Source of the DNA: Octopus sinensis
Taxonomy: Eukaryota
DNA: 64,000 bases
Direction: 5' to 3'
NCBI RefSeq assembly: GCF_006345805.1
Contig: NC_042997.1
Span: 107,942,001-108,006,000 of the forward strand
In this document: positions 22,760 to 35,624 of the stretch, piece after piece
Numbering within the stretch: the first letter of the stretch is position 1
Layout: each line of letters opens with the position of its first letter
The notes under the pieces: model-generated
Told to the model about the DNA's origin: nothing
Database searches by the model: none
The model's input: only the letters and a program-made list of their open reading frames with translations
Made by a program: the position numbers and the translations under genes

Positions 22760-25364
22760 GCACACACAATGACTCTACATTGCTTTTCAAGTTACGATTA
22801 ATCATTTTGATAGTTTGTAGGAAATGCCAGGCCTTATAGGGTTTTTTATATGACAGAACTGAGGAAAATGGAAAATGTCTCCGGAGTAGATCAAGCTTGC
22901 GCAAGAGTTTGTGCTTTCTGGTCAGCTCCTCGAATGTACAACTGCAAATTCATTCAGTTTATAAAACTGAAATTATATTTCGAACATAGAAATGAGATCA
23001 ACCCTTGTTGACAAACACTTCTTATTCATCATTTAGTCATCGTTGTAAAAGTCAGAAATTGGATGCAAACTTAAAAAAAACTGCCTCCGCTCTGTTTATG
23101 TTAGCAGACATATACATCACCCGAGAACCTTTCCCCAAACTCGTTATTTTTTGATAACCTTTAGTTCTCCAACGAGTAGTTTTACATGAACACAAAGCAC
23201 CGTTTGTTTTTAACCGTGAGTTGGCGTATTACTAACAACATTAATTTATTCTTCTCTTACACAAGTCCTTGAATTTCTTTTATTTTCATCCAGGTCAATC
23301 CTGGGGCTATCTGCTTCGATGGCCAAATATGTCAGCTACAAACGTGTACAGAGTCTCTCACAGAGAAACCTAGCTGGTTTCTATATCATCTGATTTGAAG
23401 GTCGATATGTTTAGTCTTTCAGAGCTGGTTTTAGAAAAAGCTTTTCAAACACTAATGGCTTAAGATTCTCCACCTTCAACTTTTTTGCTGGTGGCTTGAC
23501 CGAAACGGTTCTCTTGCTTATAAAATTCAATTCCGTTAGCAATGACCCCGCGGTCAGCAGTCAGCGTCTCACAAAGATCCTGTTATCGGCACATCATTGT
23601 TCTGTTAATGACGTAAGCGTAAATATATATTAAGTACCTGCTGGCAGTTCCTGTTTCAGGACATTTGATCTTTCCACATACTTGCTATAGTTGTGCTGAC
23701 TAACGGTATACAATAACAACATCACCAACAATCCTTAGTCATCAATATTCACTCGCCGTTAATTACTGGTATGCAATATTATGTTGTTACATTCTCAACC
23801 AATGCAACAACAATTCTCCAAGGACTAGTCTTTACAATTAAATGATATTCTGTTAGATATAAAATAGTTGAAGCGTTGCAACAAACTCACAACTCATGCC
23901 TTCAAATCCATTTTAGATGTTTTCGTTGTACGTCCGGTTAAATTATCATTCTCCATTGTTTCACTACAACTGGCTAAAGCAGAATTCACTTCATCTGGCT
24001 AAACAGATGTAACGTGAGTTACACCAAATATTTATCCTAATGACTGAAAGGGAGAATGGCAGAGTACTTGACCATCTTCTGCATGCCTAGTAGCAACAAG
24101 ATGTTTTCAGATAAGAGATCTGCTCCGAAAGCTTGCAGAAGAATGAACTTTAATAAAATCTGCCACCCAAGAACAGGGACAATTCTTCCGACGAGATCCT
24201 ACCAAGGCTCTCTAACAAATCTCGTTTAAGCCAGAAGCTATTATAGAAGACGCTTGACCATTCTGGGTATATTACAAATGGAACAGAATCTTTATATAAT
24301 CATTTCATAGGACATGAAATAAATCATGAATTAGCGACTTGATGTCTGGATTTCGACTTTCGAATTTCGCAGACGATATAGAAATTCTTTCTGTTTCATT
24401 CTCATTAAAACTATTCCCATTGAATAAATTTATTTCTTGTCTGACCTTCCTTTTTGATGTTTTATTTTGATATTTATATAACATTTGAAAAAATCATTTC
24501 ATTTGAAATATGGGCGCATACGAGAAAGGGTTATAATGTTGAAGTAGAAATTAAAATGATCTCGAAGCAAATGAGAATAGCCTCATAGCAAATTTATATA
24601 ATCACGAACAAAATTAAAGGATGAGACACGTGGGATGGAAGAGTCGTTGAAGAGGTCACAGGTGTGTGACGAAAGGATTCCAGTCATTGAACATAAGATA
24701 AAATAATAATAATAATAAACGAGTGAAGAACGAACGTATAGTGCGAGTGTTTATTTGGCAAGAAAAAAAAGAGAAAAAAAACGACCATCCTGAAATTAAA
24801 CAATAATTGCTTCAACACACGAGTTTACATCAGGAATCCTGCAAAACAAATTCATAAACGTAAAAATTAAAAAGTAATTACTTAAAACAGAGTAAGATTT
24901 TGAATGGTTTTATCTTAAATGTGACGATATATCATCGTCGTTTAACCGAGGTCTCCAATACAGCGTTTAATTATGAATGACAAAAATCAGTCGCAAAGCT
25001 GAGAGACTACAAAATCTCGTATTTCACAAAGTTTCACACAGAGAAGCAAGCGGGGAGCCTTACAAGAAATCTACGCTTAAAATTCCTTTTTTGTGTACAA
25101 TTTGTCGCTGAAAGAGAAGATTGAGAATCCGTTATTACAGTACTTGGTGTAGTAATGAAGACAACGGCATATATTTGGTAATCAGGAGTTGTACAACATA
25201 ATGGCTGAGTGCCTGCGATATGTCTTACATGCTATTGAGAAAGACCTAAATATTATTTTGCCTAGCCCTGAATATCATTCTGTGAGAAGTAAAAGCGAAG
25301 TTGATATTACATTAAAGAGTAGGGCTGCCAGCTGACAGAATCTTTATCACATCAATAAGGCGGC

Positions 25365-25935
25365 GAGCTGGCAGAATCGTTAACACGCCGGGCGAAATGC
25401 TTAGCGGTATTTCGTCTGCCGTTACGTTCTGAGTTCAAATTCCGCCGAGGTCGACTTTGCCTTTCATCCTTTCGGGGTCGATTAAATAAGTACCAGTTAC
25501 GCACTGGGGTCGATATAATCGACTTAATCCGTTTGTCTGTCCTTGTTTGTCCTCTCTGTGTTTAGCCCCTTGTGGGTAGTAAAGAAATAGGTATTTCGTC
25601 TGCCGTTACGTTCTGAATTCAAATTCCGCCGAGGTCGACTTTGCCTGTCATCCTTTCGCGGTCGATAAATTAAGTACCAGTTACGCACTGGGGTCGATGT
25701 AATCAACTTAATCCGTGTGTCTGTCCTTGTTTGTCCCCTCTGTGTTTAGCCCCTTGTAGGCAATAAAGAAATAAGAATATCATAAATTTCGTCGCGGTCG
25801 ACTTCGCCTTTCATTCTTTCGGGGTTGATGAAATAAGGACCAGTTGAGCAGTGGGGTCGATATGATCGACTTGCCCCACCCCAAAACCGAAATTGTTGGC
25901 CTTTGGCCTTGTGCTTAAAATTATAACCAATATTA
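25365..25935 (+). mobile_element. Three tandem SINE S2 units (full 25365-25589; 5'-truncated 25590-25775; third 25785-25935 with the alternative tail)
   Basis: The core GTCGACTTTGCC...GCACTGGGGTCGAT occurs three times. Units 1 and 2 end TGTCTGTCCTTGTTTGTCC...TAAAGAAAT. Confidence 0.85.
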
Positions 25936-25982
25936 TTAAACATTTTTCTAAAATCTCCAATAGCATCCCAGGAAATTAGAGA

Positions 25983-26144
25983 AAATATCTAGAGAAAATA
26001 TTAAGCAAAAATTTCAAAAAAATATATTGGGATTTCATTAAAAATCATTTTTGTTTGGATGTATCTATATATACATGCATGATTTTTAATAAAATCCCAA
26101 TATATTTTTTTGAAATTTTTATTTAATATTTTCTCTAGATATTT
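25983..26144. repeat. AT-rich near-perfect inverted repeat (arms of about 66 bp, 30-bp spacer)
   Basis: 25983-26048 is the reverse complement of 26079-26144 with few mismatches. Confidence 0.9.
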
Positions 26145-26422
26145 CCTTGTAAACTGTTTTTAACATTTTCTTATTATTATCAAAGAACATATATATGTAC
26201 TTTAATATTTTGTGACAACCAGTACTTAACACAACAAAGCTTATACAAAGCTTTTACATTTTACGTTTGACAATCTTTTTCTAAAAAAGTGAAACCGGTC
26301 AAGTAAATAAACATCTTTAAAATTGCATTTTGAAACCTTCTTTCATATATATTTCCATTCGTGCGGTACCTTACAATTTCACTTTGCTATGTATATATGT
26401 ATCTCTCTTTCTCTCTCTCTCT

Positions 26423-26461
<39 letters not shown>

Positions 26462-26795
26462 AAAGACCCCCTTCGGTCATGAATGACCATGGGATTGCAC
26501 CTAGAAAGTTACCCTCCTAGACACAAGTCCGGGCAAGGTTGTTTATGGAAGGCCAGCAGTCGCCCATGCATACCAGCCTCCCCTCTCCACGCCACCAGTG
26601 TTATCCAAGGGAAAGACAAAGGTCGATACAGCTTGGTACCAGGGACGTCGCAACTCATTTCTACAGCTGATGAACTGGAGCAACGTGAAATAAAGTGCCT
26701 TGCTCGAGAACACAACACGCAGCCCGGTCCGGGATTCGAGCTCACAACCTCACGATCGTAAGCTCGACGCTCTAACCACTGAGCCATGCGCCTTC
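26462..26795 (-). mobile_element. tRNA-derived CORE-like SINE (third tail type)
   Basis: Minus strand GAAGGCGCATGGCTCAGTGGTTAGAGCG...CTCGAATCCCGG...TTGTGTTCTCGAGCAAGGCACTT. Confidence 0.8.
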
Positions 26796-26819
26796 ACATG
26801 TGTATGTATATATATATAT

Positions 26820-26871
<52 letters not shown>

Positions 26872-26912
26872 TATATACATATACATACATATATATATAC
26901 ATACATACATAA

Positions 26913-26959
<47 letters not shown>

Positions 26960-26974
26960 TATATAATATATATA

Positions 26975-27018
<44 letters not shown>

Positions 27019-27019
27019 G

Positions 27020-27075
<56 letters not shown>

Positions 27076-28039
27076 TGGCAAATTACCGTTCTGATCACGG
27101 TTAAGTGATTTCGAAACTATGATGCTCGTATAATAGAGGATATAAACTAGATAATGCGGGCGTGCAATGCTCGAAAACAGAATGATTTTGCCATGTTGGA
27201 AAGTCTTTGTTCAATCTTGTTCAATCCTAGCCTAGGGCTCAACAGTAACACCAACAACAACCACAACAACAGCAATAGAAGTGGTACAAAAGCGTAATTG
27301 TTTGCTGTGAATTTTGCGCCATTTTGTCTTTTGGAAAGAAGCGGAATTGTGTTGCAAAGTTATTGAAAGGTGCGTGAGAACCGGAATGCAAATCTGCGTG
27401 TGTTGAGGAAACTATTCGTCTTACATGTCACTTATTTGTCATTCGGTATATTTGATAACATTTCAAATGTCCCCGGGTGTGGTTAGGGTACCATGGCTTT
27501 TAGGAATCAACTCAGGTCAGTCACTTTCTCTGTTAGTTGTCGGCTGACATATTTAGAAATCAAAAATCATTTGTTGCCGTTGTTGTTGTTGTACAAAATG
27601 AATCGAGTTTAGGGGAAAAAACTAATTGCCAAAATCTCTGGTAGCTTTTGATAATTATTTTCTGCATAAATTAATGCTGCCCTCCCCCCACCCTCCCGAG
27701 AATATGTTTATCTATTTCTCCTCCTCCTCTTCCTCTCTTAACATGCCTGCAATGTATCAATGCAACAACTTAAAACTTGTCAGTTTCGTTTTTGTCTAAA
27801 CGTCGTGGTGGTGGTGGTGGTGATTGTGATGGTGGTGTGGTGGTGGTGGTGGTAGACGCCGTCGTCATCGTCGTTGTTGTTGAGCGAACGGTCTTCATCC
27901 CAGAGCTCGGAATATGGGAGAAGTCCGAAACGTGGTCCTTTGCTATTCGTAAGACCCGCAGAAGAGAAAGCAGGTCAACCCCCGACACCGAGAGTATCGA
28001 CGGATGGATGAATGTGCATACAGGATCAGCGTAGGAAGT

Positions 28040-28243
28040 CGGGGACAAGAAACAAGAAGAAAGAGTGAGAGAAAGTTGGGGCGAAAGAGTACAACAGGGG
28101 TCGCCACCACCCTCAGCCGGAGTCTCGTGGAGCTTTAGGTGTTTTCGCTCAATAGACACACACAACGCTCGGTCTGGGAATCGAAACCGCGATCCTCCGA
28201 CCGCCAGTCCGCTGCCTTAACCACTGGGCTATTGCGCCTCCAT
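28040..28243 (-). mobile_element. SINE of the same type as 5312-5633 (partial, solo)
   Basis: Reverse complement of GGAGGCGCAATAGCCCAGTGGTTAAGGCAGCGGAC...CCACGAGACTCCGGC. Confidence 0.8.
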
Positions 28244-28511
28244 TGTTGTTGATGCGCCAATCATCTATGATCATGCAGAGCTATTATCCACGGCACTCCA
28301 GCCGTGACGATCCCGTCTTTCTTTTAAGGTCGATGTGTATCTAGGCTTACATTATACAGTGTGTCCTTACCTGTAGGGTGTTATTCGAGAGAGATTTGAT
28401 TTGTATTTCTAACAACTTGAGAGGCCACGTGTAGAGGCTTCTTCATGAAACTGGAGTGTTTCGTTGTTGTTTGTGTTGGTATTCAACACCACCACCACCA
28501 CCACCACCACC

Positions 28512-28557
<46 letters not shown>

Positions 28558-28649
28558 GAGTCCTTACAAACGCCAATGAGTGTATATTTAAGGGCATATG
28601 TTACCTTATGTCTTTAAGCAAGTAACACACTCAACTTTACTTTTTATGT

Positions 28650-28707
<58 letters not shown>

Positions 28708-28921
28708 ATATACATACAACACACACACAATCATATAGAGAGAGATCAATCAAGTTGATTGGGACTTCGCAATGTAGACTCTACTCTCAATATAGTCACA
28801 CGATCTTCAAGTTTTCGGTTGTTATTCTTAAACAAGCTTTAAAAATGGCTTCCATCCATCGTTGCTTTACCATTTTATCGATGCTGTACCAAATTATTCT
28901 GAGCCTATGTTCTATGTAGAA

Positions 28922-29488
28922 CAGTGGCTCTCAACCTGTGTCTATATGACCTCTAGGGATCCATATAAGATTGTTGGGGTCCACGCTATCAAAATATTAA
29001 ATTGGGGACCCACATTAGTATTTTAAGGGTTCATGAAAAGTTTTGATTTAAATTAATGTCGTGCAAGAAACGGCCATTTTGCATCGTTCAAGTGAATGAA
29101 TAAATAACAAAATACGTATTTTGAAGAAATTATCTATAAAACTGTGGAGGCGCGTGGCTAAGTGGTTAGGGTGTCAGCATCATGATCGTAAGATTGTGGT
29201 TTCGATTCCCCGACCGGGCGACGCGTTGTGTTCTTGAGTAAAACACTTTATTTCACGTTGCTCCAGTCCACTCAGCTGGCAAAAATGAGTAACGCTGCGA
29301 TGGACTGGCGTCCCGTCCAGCTGGAGAACTCATACGCCATAGAAACCTGGATAGGCTTTAAAAGGGCGTATTTATTATTTATTATCTATAAAACTAGTTT
29401 TTTTTAAAACATCGTACGTCTATGGGGTTACACCACAACAGAAGAATAATGAAAGAGGCCCATGGGTAAAGAATGTCGAGAACCATTA
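28922..29488. mobile_element. hAT-type MITE (CAGTGG.TCTCAACC termini) carrying a SINE insertion
   Basis: Left end CAGTGGCTCTCAACC; degenerate right end GTCGAGAACCATTA. 8-bp flanks ATGTAGAA / ATGCAGAC (6 of 8 match). Confidence 0.6.
29144..29380 (+). mobile_element. tRNA-derived SINE (type of 5065-5310) with a 15-bp TSD
   Basis: ATTATCTATAAAACT at 29129-29143 and 29381-29395. Confidence 0.9.
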
Positions 29489-29992
29489 ATGCAGACAATA
29501 ACAGCAAAGTTTATGTTATAGCTTTGCCTTCAGTGTTTTGGGGCAATGGCTTTGAACTTTGCAGAAAATTTAGCATGAATCAAAACTAAATGTTATAGGA
29601 TTAATCTCGAGTCTATATATGATCGGGGCAACTGTGTGAGTGCGATATTTATTTATATTTCGTTCATGAAAATTACCGGCAAAATAACAAACTTGTATTT
29701 TTAACTGCACTGACTTGTGCAGCTGTGATCTGCCACTAGAGTGTAGCACTATCGTCATTGTTTTGTCGTCAGCTATGAGGCTGACTAAAAGCCGAAATTG
29801 TCAACATACCTTTAACATTTAAACTTTAACCTTTCTGAGAATATTTTCCTTTCACTTGTACATAATGAACAAATGTTTCTTAAAAATAATATCGTTGTTA
29901 AATAATGTAATATATACAAATTGAATGAAGTATGTATAGATACGTGTGTGTGTGTGTGTGTGGTGTGTGTGTGTGTGTGTGTGTGCGCGTGC

Positions 29993-30050
<58 letters not shown>

Positions 30051-30213
30051 TATGTATGGTGATGGTTGTTCACCACCATACATATATTTCGCGACCCGTC
30101 TCTTTTGCCTGTGCTTCTAATTGTTGTTTCTCTGTATCGTCTATCTGTCCGAATGTTTTAATGTCCTCTATTGCGTTTTGTTCCATTATATATATATATA
30201 TATTATATATATA

Positions 30214-30253
<40 letters not shown>

Positions 30254-31430
30254 AATGAGGAAGGAAGTGTTGTAAAATATTTTCTATTTTCTCGCCGTTT
30301 ATTTCGTGTTCCTTTCTGTGGAAGAGCGTTGGCTCAAAACGTAAAAGACTTTCTCCCTTCCCGAGCGTTAAACAAATGCATCTGTTGGTTGTTTACACAC
30401 CCGTCTTTTGTTTTTTTGTAAATTCTCACTATTGTAAAATAAGGTGAGTTGCTTACGTGCAATGTATCGCAACTCACGTGAAAGCATTCAAATAGAAAGA
30501 AAAAGTCGTATATTCTATACAGGTTAATGTGATTGCACACACGTGCGCGCGCGTATGTATTTATGTTTTAAGGGAAATTTGTCATAAAGTGTAAGTTAAT
30601 TTGTTTGTTTACTGTTTTTCTTCTTTTCATTCCTTCCTCGTATGTCATCTCTTTAATTCCTTACTCTCTACACAACCCTCACACAAGTGCTCTCCTCTTA
30701 ACCGAGGCATTAGTGCTGCCAAACAAAAAAAAACCTCCATATTTTATAATAAGAAAGAAAACTTTATCAATTTAATAGCATCCGGGGGATGACAAACTTG
30801 ACAAAATGATACCAACGCAGATGCTACTTATACAGTAAGTATTTCATTTCTGTCGTCGCCATTTTGACTCGTCTAGAATGACTTTTGTCGGAAACGAGCG
30901 TTGTTTACATCTTAACTGTTCGTTGAAATCTAGTGAAGCAGATTTCATCTACTTGGACCAAGTGGAGCCTGATTCTATTGCTGTTACTCAATGACTATAC
31001 ATGATCAATGTAAATATGAAGTCATACAAGTGACAAGACGTTAATAAATGATGTGGCTTAAGTGTTAACAACTTAAACGTTGTTGACGTTTTCAGAAAGA
31101 AACGAAAGCCAATCGCTGCGTTAAGATGTTTACAAACGATAATACTTACAGAGTCAAGAATATAAATAAAACAAATTTAATAAACTCTTTTTATAGGAAT
31201 TTATTCAGTAATTAACAAGAGAGCAGAGAAAATTAGAATAATGAACAACGCCTATTTCAAATAAAATTAAGATTCACCGTCATTTTGGCGGCGGTTTAAA
31301 AATTCTTCAGTTTTACTGAAATAATAAATATTAGCATGGGTTAATGCACACACCCTCTTTATATACATACATACATACATACATACATACATACATACAT
31401 ACATACATACATACATACATACATACATAC

Positions 31431-34190
31431 TGAAATTTTCCGAGAAAAAGTAACTTTGGCATTGAAGTACTCTTTCGAGGAGAGAGTATTCTCTACCAAA
31501 GTAAGTAAAAAAACCCCCACCAGATACAGTATTAAAAGCTGTTAACGAAATTGGTGATGAGTATTTACAACAGTGTGAGGAACCCACATTCAGGCAGATT
31601 AACGCCAGTCTGACATATTCTCTGGCTACTATTGTAAAATTATACATGAGTGCTATTCGAAAGGTGAACAAATCCGATACAACAAAGAAAGTACCATCAT
31701 GGGATTTGAAGACAGAGAAAAAAGATAACTGGTTTACGGAAGACCATCAGTCATGTAATGATGCTTATTGCATGCAAACAAGCAAATCACCATACGTCCC
31801 ACCAATAGAAAGTAAAGAAGGAGAGAGAAATGATGTTTGGAGACAACAAAAAGAGGACACTCACTTGCAAACTGATTACTCTCAAGCAGGAGCTAAAAGC
31901 TGTCAGTGAAAAACTCCGACATCAGAAGAGAATAACCGAGAGAAGAACAATGAACAAAAAATCTGACCGCAACAACGCAGCAGTATACAGAGACATGAGA
32001 GGAGGGGCAGTAAACATCACGGAGGCTCCTTCACGGGAAGACATAGATTCCTTCTGGAAGAAAATCTGGATTGAAAAGAAATTCAACCACGACTCACTGT
32101 AGCTGGAAGAAATCCGAAAGTTACTGCTTCTGTGTTACATTCAAGACATACAACATTGATGGCGAAACTTTTGCAACTGTGATCCAGAAACTTCAGGATG
32201 GAAAAGCACCTGGAAGAGACATGATTGTTGGATATTGGTACAAGAAGCTAACATTCAACCGACCATATCTTATCAATCTGTACCAGCAAACTCTCAGTGG
32301 GAACAGTAACATACCACACTGATTAGCTCTGGCAGAGGCAAAATTGATCCCCAAATACAGAACTACCCACATGGCAAAAAAAAAAAAACTACCGGCCAAT
32401 TGCATGCCAGAACTTAATGTATAAGATATATACAGCATGTTTAAACCTCTTCCTCCGGGACCATTGTGAAACCAATAACATTATCACAGCAGAACAAGCA
32501 GCTGGGAAGAAGGGAGTCTGTGGATGTGCCGAACAATTATTAATCAACAAAATTGTGATGTCAGAGGTACGAGAGCATAGGAGGAACCTAGTTTCAATGT
32601 GGCTAGACTACAAGAAAGCCTTTGATTCTGTTACCCATTCATGGATGCTAGAAGCCCTTCAAATTGCTAAAGTTCCAGTGAGAATAGTCAAAGCCATAAC
32701 TGACCTAACTTCATCGTGGGCCATCATATTGAAATTAAACACAAAGAGTGACTGCACTATCACCGATGGAATACAGTTTCGCAAAGGCATGTTCCATGCC
32801 TCTCCAAGATGTTTATATTCATGTTAAGGAAATCTAAAGGATATCTCACTGGTTCACAAGGAAGCAGAAATACCAAAATTACACACTGTTTCTTTGTGGA
32901 TGACTTAAAACTTTATGCAAAGAATATGCACGAGATGAAAAAGATCCTTGACCTAGTTACAACATTCTCAAAGGATGTAGGGTTAGAGTTTGGTCAGGAT
33001 AAATGTTGCTATAGGGTTGTGAAAAGAGGGAAAACTGTAAACCAGACTAGTAACATCTCCATCAATGTTTTGACTGTTTTCCCTGTATCTGACGAGAAAT
33101 GTTACAGATATCTAGGTGTGGATGAAAATATATCTTACAATGACACCTGTAACAAAACACGTGTTACTAAAGAATATTTCAGCCGAATAAAGGAAATTTG
33201 TACCTCAGAACTGTCTGCATTCAACAAAACAGTGGCCCACAATGTGTTTGCAGTGCCAGTACTCATACCATCATTTGGGCTGCTTGATTGGATGCTTGAT
33301 GAGATCTGAGCCATTGAGGTGAAAACCTTGGAAATACTAACCAGCACACATAATTTCCACATAAATAGTGACGTAGACTGCCACTACCTAAAACGAAAAG
33401 AAGGCGGCAGAGGCTTAACATCAATAAAAAATTGCCTTTGAATTTCGTACCATATCCCTTCGGCAACATCCTTTAACTACCAAGTGTTGAAGTGCATCCC
33501 TTGACCAAATTTGCATACACACATAAAACCTGGGAGGCAGCTCCTTGAGCAACATTCTTTGTCTGATAATCTAGAATACATGCCCAAAGAAGTCGCACGA
33601 CTCTACCACAATGTATCATCAGATGAAAGGATGAGTGTATATGAGCAGAAAGACTAGGCATGGAGATGTCAGTAGAAATTTCCGTGATGATAGTAACATC
33701 AATAATCAAAGCAGTGTACCAGGGACCAATAGCCGGATTACTACCTCCCGCTTTGAAGGGTACGCGTTTGCAATACAGGAACAGGAAATATCAACTAAGT
33801 ACCTGATGTACAGAAGGAACAGAGATACAGAAAAAACCGTAAAATGTGACAATCAATGCAGACTTTGTGGAGTTCATACTGAAGATATCACCCACATCAT
33901 AAACAATTGTCCGAAAATGTCATTACAATGGATCTACCGATGAGACATGTTGCAGCTAGGACATTCTATAATGAAATCTGTCAGAAGGATAATCCCGAGG
34001 ACAAAGAAATAAGAATCTACAATATAGTGGAAGCCATAGCCACTCACAATAAAAAGGAAGTCTGGTGGAATGTAGCAGTTAAGACCTCAATAAAATGTAA
34101 GCACAACAGACCTGATATAATGATTTGGGATAGAGAAGAGAAACTGTGCACAGTGGTGGAAATTAGCCGCCCAGAGGATGTTCCTATATA
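31431..34190 (+). mobile_element. R4-like retrotransposon, family H; 5'-truncated against (CATA)n 31364-31430, 3' end missing
   Basis: ORF pieces: KAPGRDMIVGYWYK, AGKKGVCGCAEQLLINK, WLDYKKAFDS, FVDDLKLY, CRLCGVHTEDITHIINNCP (zinc knuckle), HNRPDIMIWD...VVEIS (RLE). Confidence 0.9.
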
Positions 34191-34222
34191 AAGACATAAC
34201 AAACTAAAATTATATAAGTAGA

Positions 34223-34756
34223 AGTTGTTGAAATAATTTTACTTCGGTAAATAATGAACAGAAATGTGGAATAAAAGTAGGAAAAAGAAATGTTAGTAAA
34301 AAGAAATGTTAACTTATCTGTATGGTAATTTTCTCTGCACGACTTAAACATGGCTACCAGCAATCGTATAATCCAACATTGAGAGCTAATGTGTAAGGGA
34401 GATAATTCTTATTAACATTTAAAAGTTCTTAAGAGGTATTTACTATTATTTATAATTACCGTGTAAGGGAAGTGAATAATAATAAGTCAGGAGAGGCCAG
34501 AAGTGAGTTTATGATGAGAATTGTCTAATCTTCTATGTGGTTAATTTATTTTATTAATATGTTAACTTTTATAAATAATAAATTTCTAGGTCTATTTTAA
34601 TGTTGGATTTTACGATTGCTGGTAGCCATGTTTAATTCGTGGAGAGAAAATTACCATATAGATAAGTTAACATTTCTTTTTACTAACATTTATTTTCCCT
34701 TCTTTTATTCCACATTTCCGTTCATTATTTACTAAAGTAAAATTATTCCAACAACT
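34223..34756. mobile_element. Fold-back / MITE-like element with 158-bp imperfect TIRs
   Basis: 34223-34380 is the reverse complement of 34599-34756; 218-bp spacer. No clear TSD. Confidence 0.8.
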
Positions 34757-34759
34757 AGA

Positions 34760-35401
34760 CAGAGAAAAAAGATCTGTGGACAAAATGGTGAAACCGTATG
34801 GCATATTTCCAGCCAATATACGCCACTAGTCCAGAAGGAATATAAGAGATGCCACGACAATATAGCCAGGCTTGTCCATTGGACACTGCAACAAATATGG
34901 ACTTGACAGAGCAAAAAATTGGTACGAACATAAACCCGAGGGCATCATCAAAAATGATAATTGCAAAGATCCTATGGGATTCAGTGCGACCATGAGACAG
35001 AGAATAGGAAACCGGACATAGTCTTCATTGAGAAAGAAAACAAACGATGCTGGATCATAGATATAGCATGCCCAGCTGACAACAAGGTATGCGATAAAGA
35101 AGAAAAAACTCGATAGATATAACAGGTTAATTTGGTAGGTAAAGCAGTTGTGATCGCTGAAACAGGGGATAATAGTACCAATCAATGTCGGAGCCCGGGG
35201 AGCAGTGAGTAAAAATCTTGAGAAGTACGTGGAACAAATTGGGGCTGCAATAAGTTTGGAGCACTTTCAGAAAACAGCACTGCTTGGAGCCGCTCGAATA
35301 CTCTGGAAGATGCTCGAAAAATAAAGGGTGATACTTTAGTTCACTGGTTGTGAACAGCTGACATCGTAGTACATCTCCAGCGTTAGAAGCTGTGCAAAGA
35401 C
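34760..35401 (+). mobile_element. R4/Dong-like 3' end (further family) followed by (TAA)n 35402-35531
   Basis: RHDNIARLVHW...WYEHKPEGII...RKPDIVFIEK...IIDIACPAD...VGARG...QKTALLGAARIL. Confidence 0.8.
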
Positions 35402-35448
<47 letters not shown>

Positions 35449-35482
35449 TAATAATAATATAATAATAATAATAATAATAATA

Positions 35483-35531
<49 letters not shown>

Positions 35532-35624
35532 CCCATATGTCCATCCAATGAACTGTATAGGTAGTTAGAAAAAAGTGAGCTGCTACATGCTGAAAAAAAA
35601 GGGCGCCGAAAGAGGGGCCAGGGA

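Noticed and set aside
23250-23620. Minus-strand readings ETLTADRGVIANG and PPAKKLKVE suggesting a transposase or NLS
   Set aside because: The motifs are in different frames with many stops, and I could not assign them to a family.
25365-25935. Repeated units that might resemble a CRISPR array
   Set aside because: The units are 150-220-bp SINE copies without unique spacers, in eukaryotic DNA with no cas genes.
27770-28165. 131-aa minus-strand ORF with T/P-rich tail
   Set aside because: It begins inside a SINE and ends in (CAC)n low-complexity sequence; no recognisable domain.
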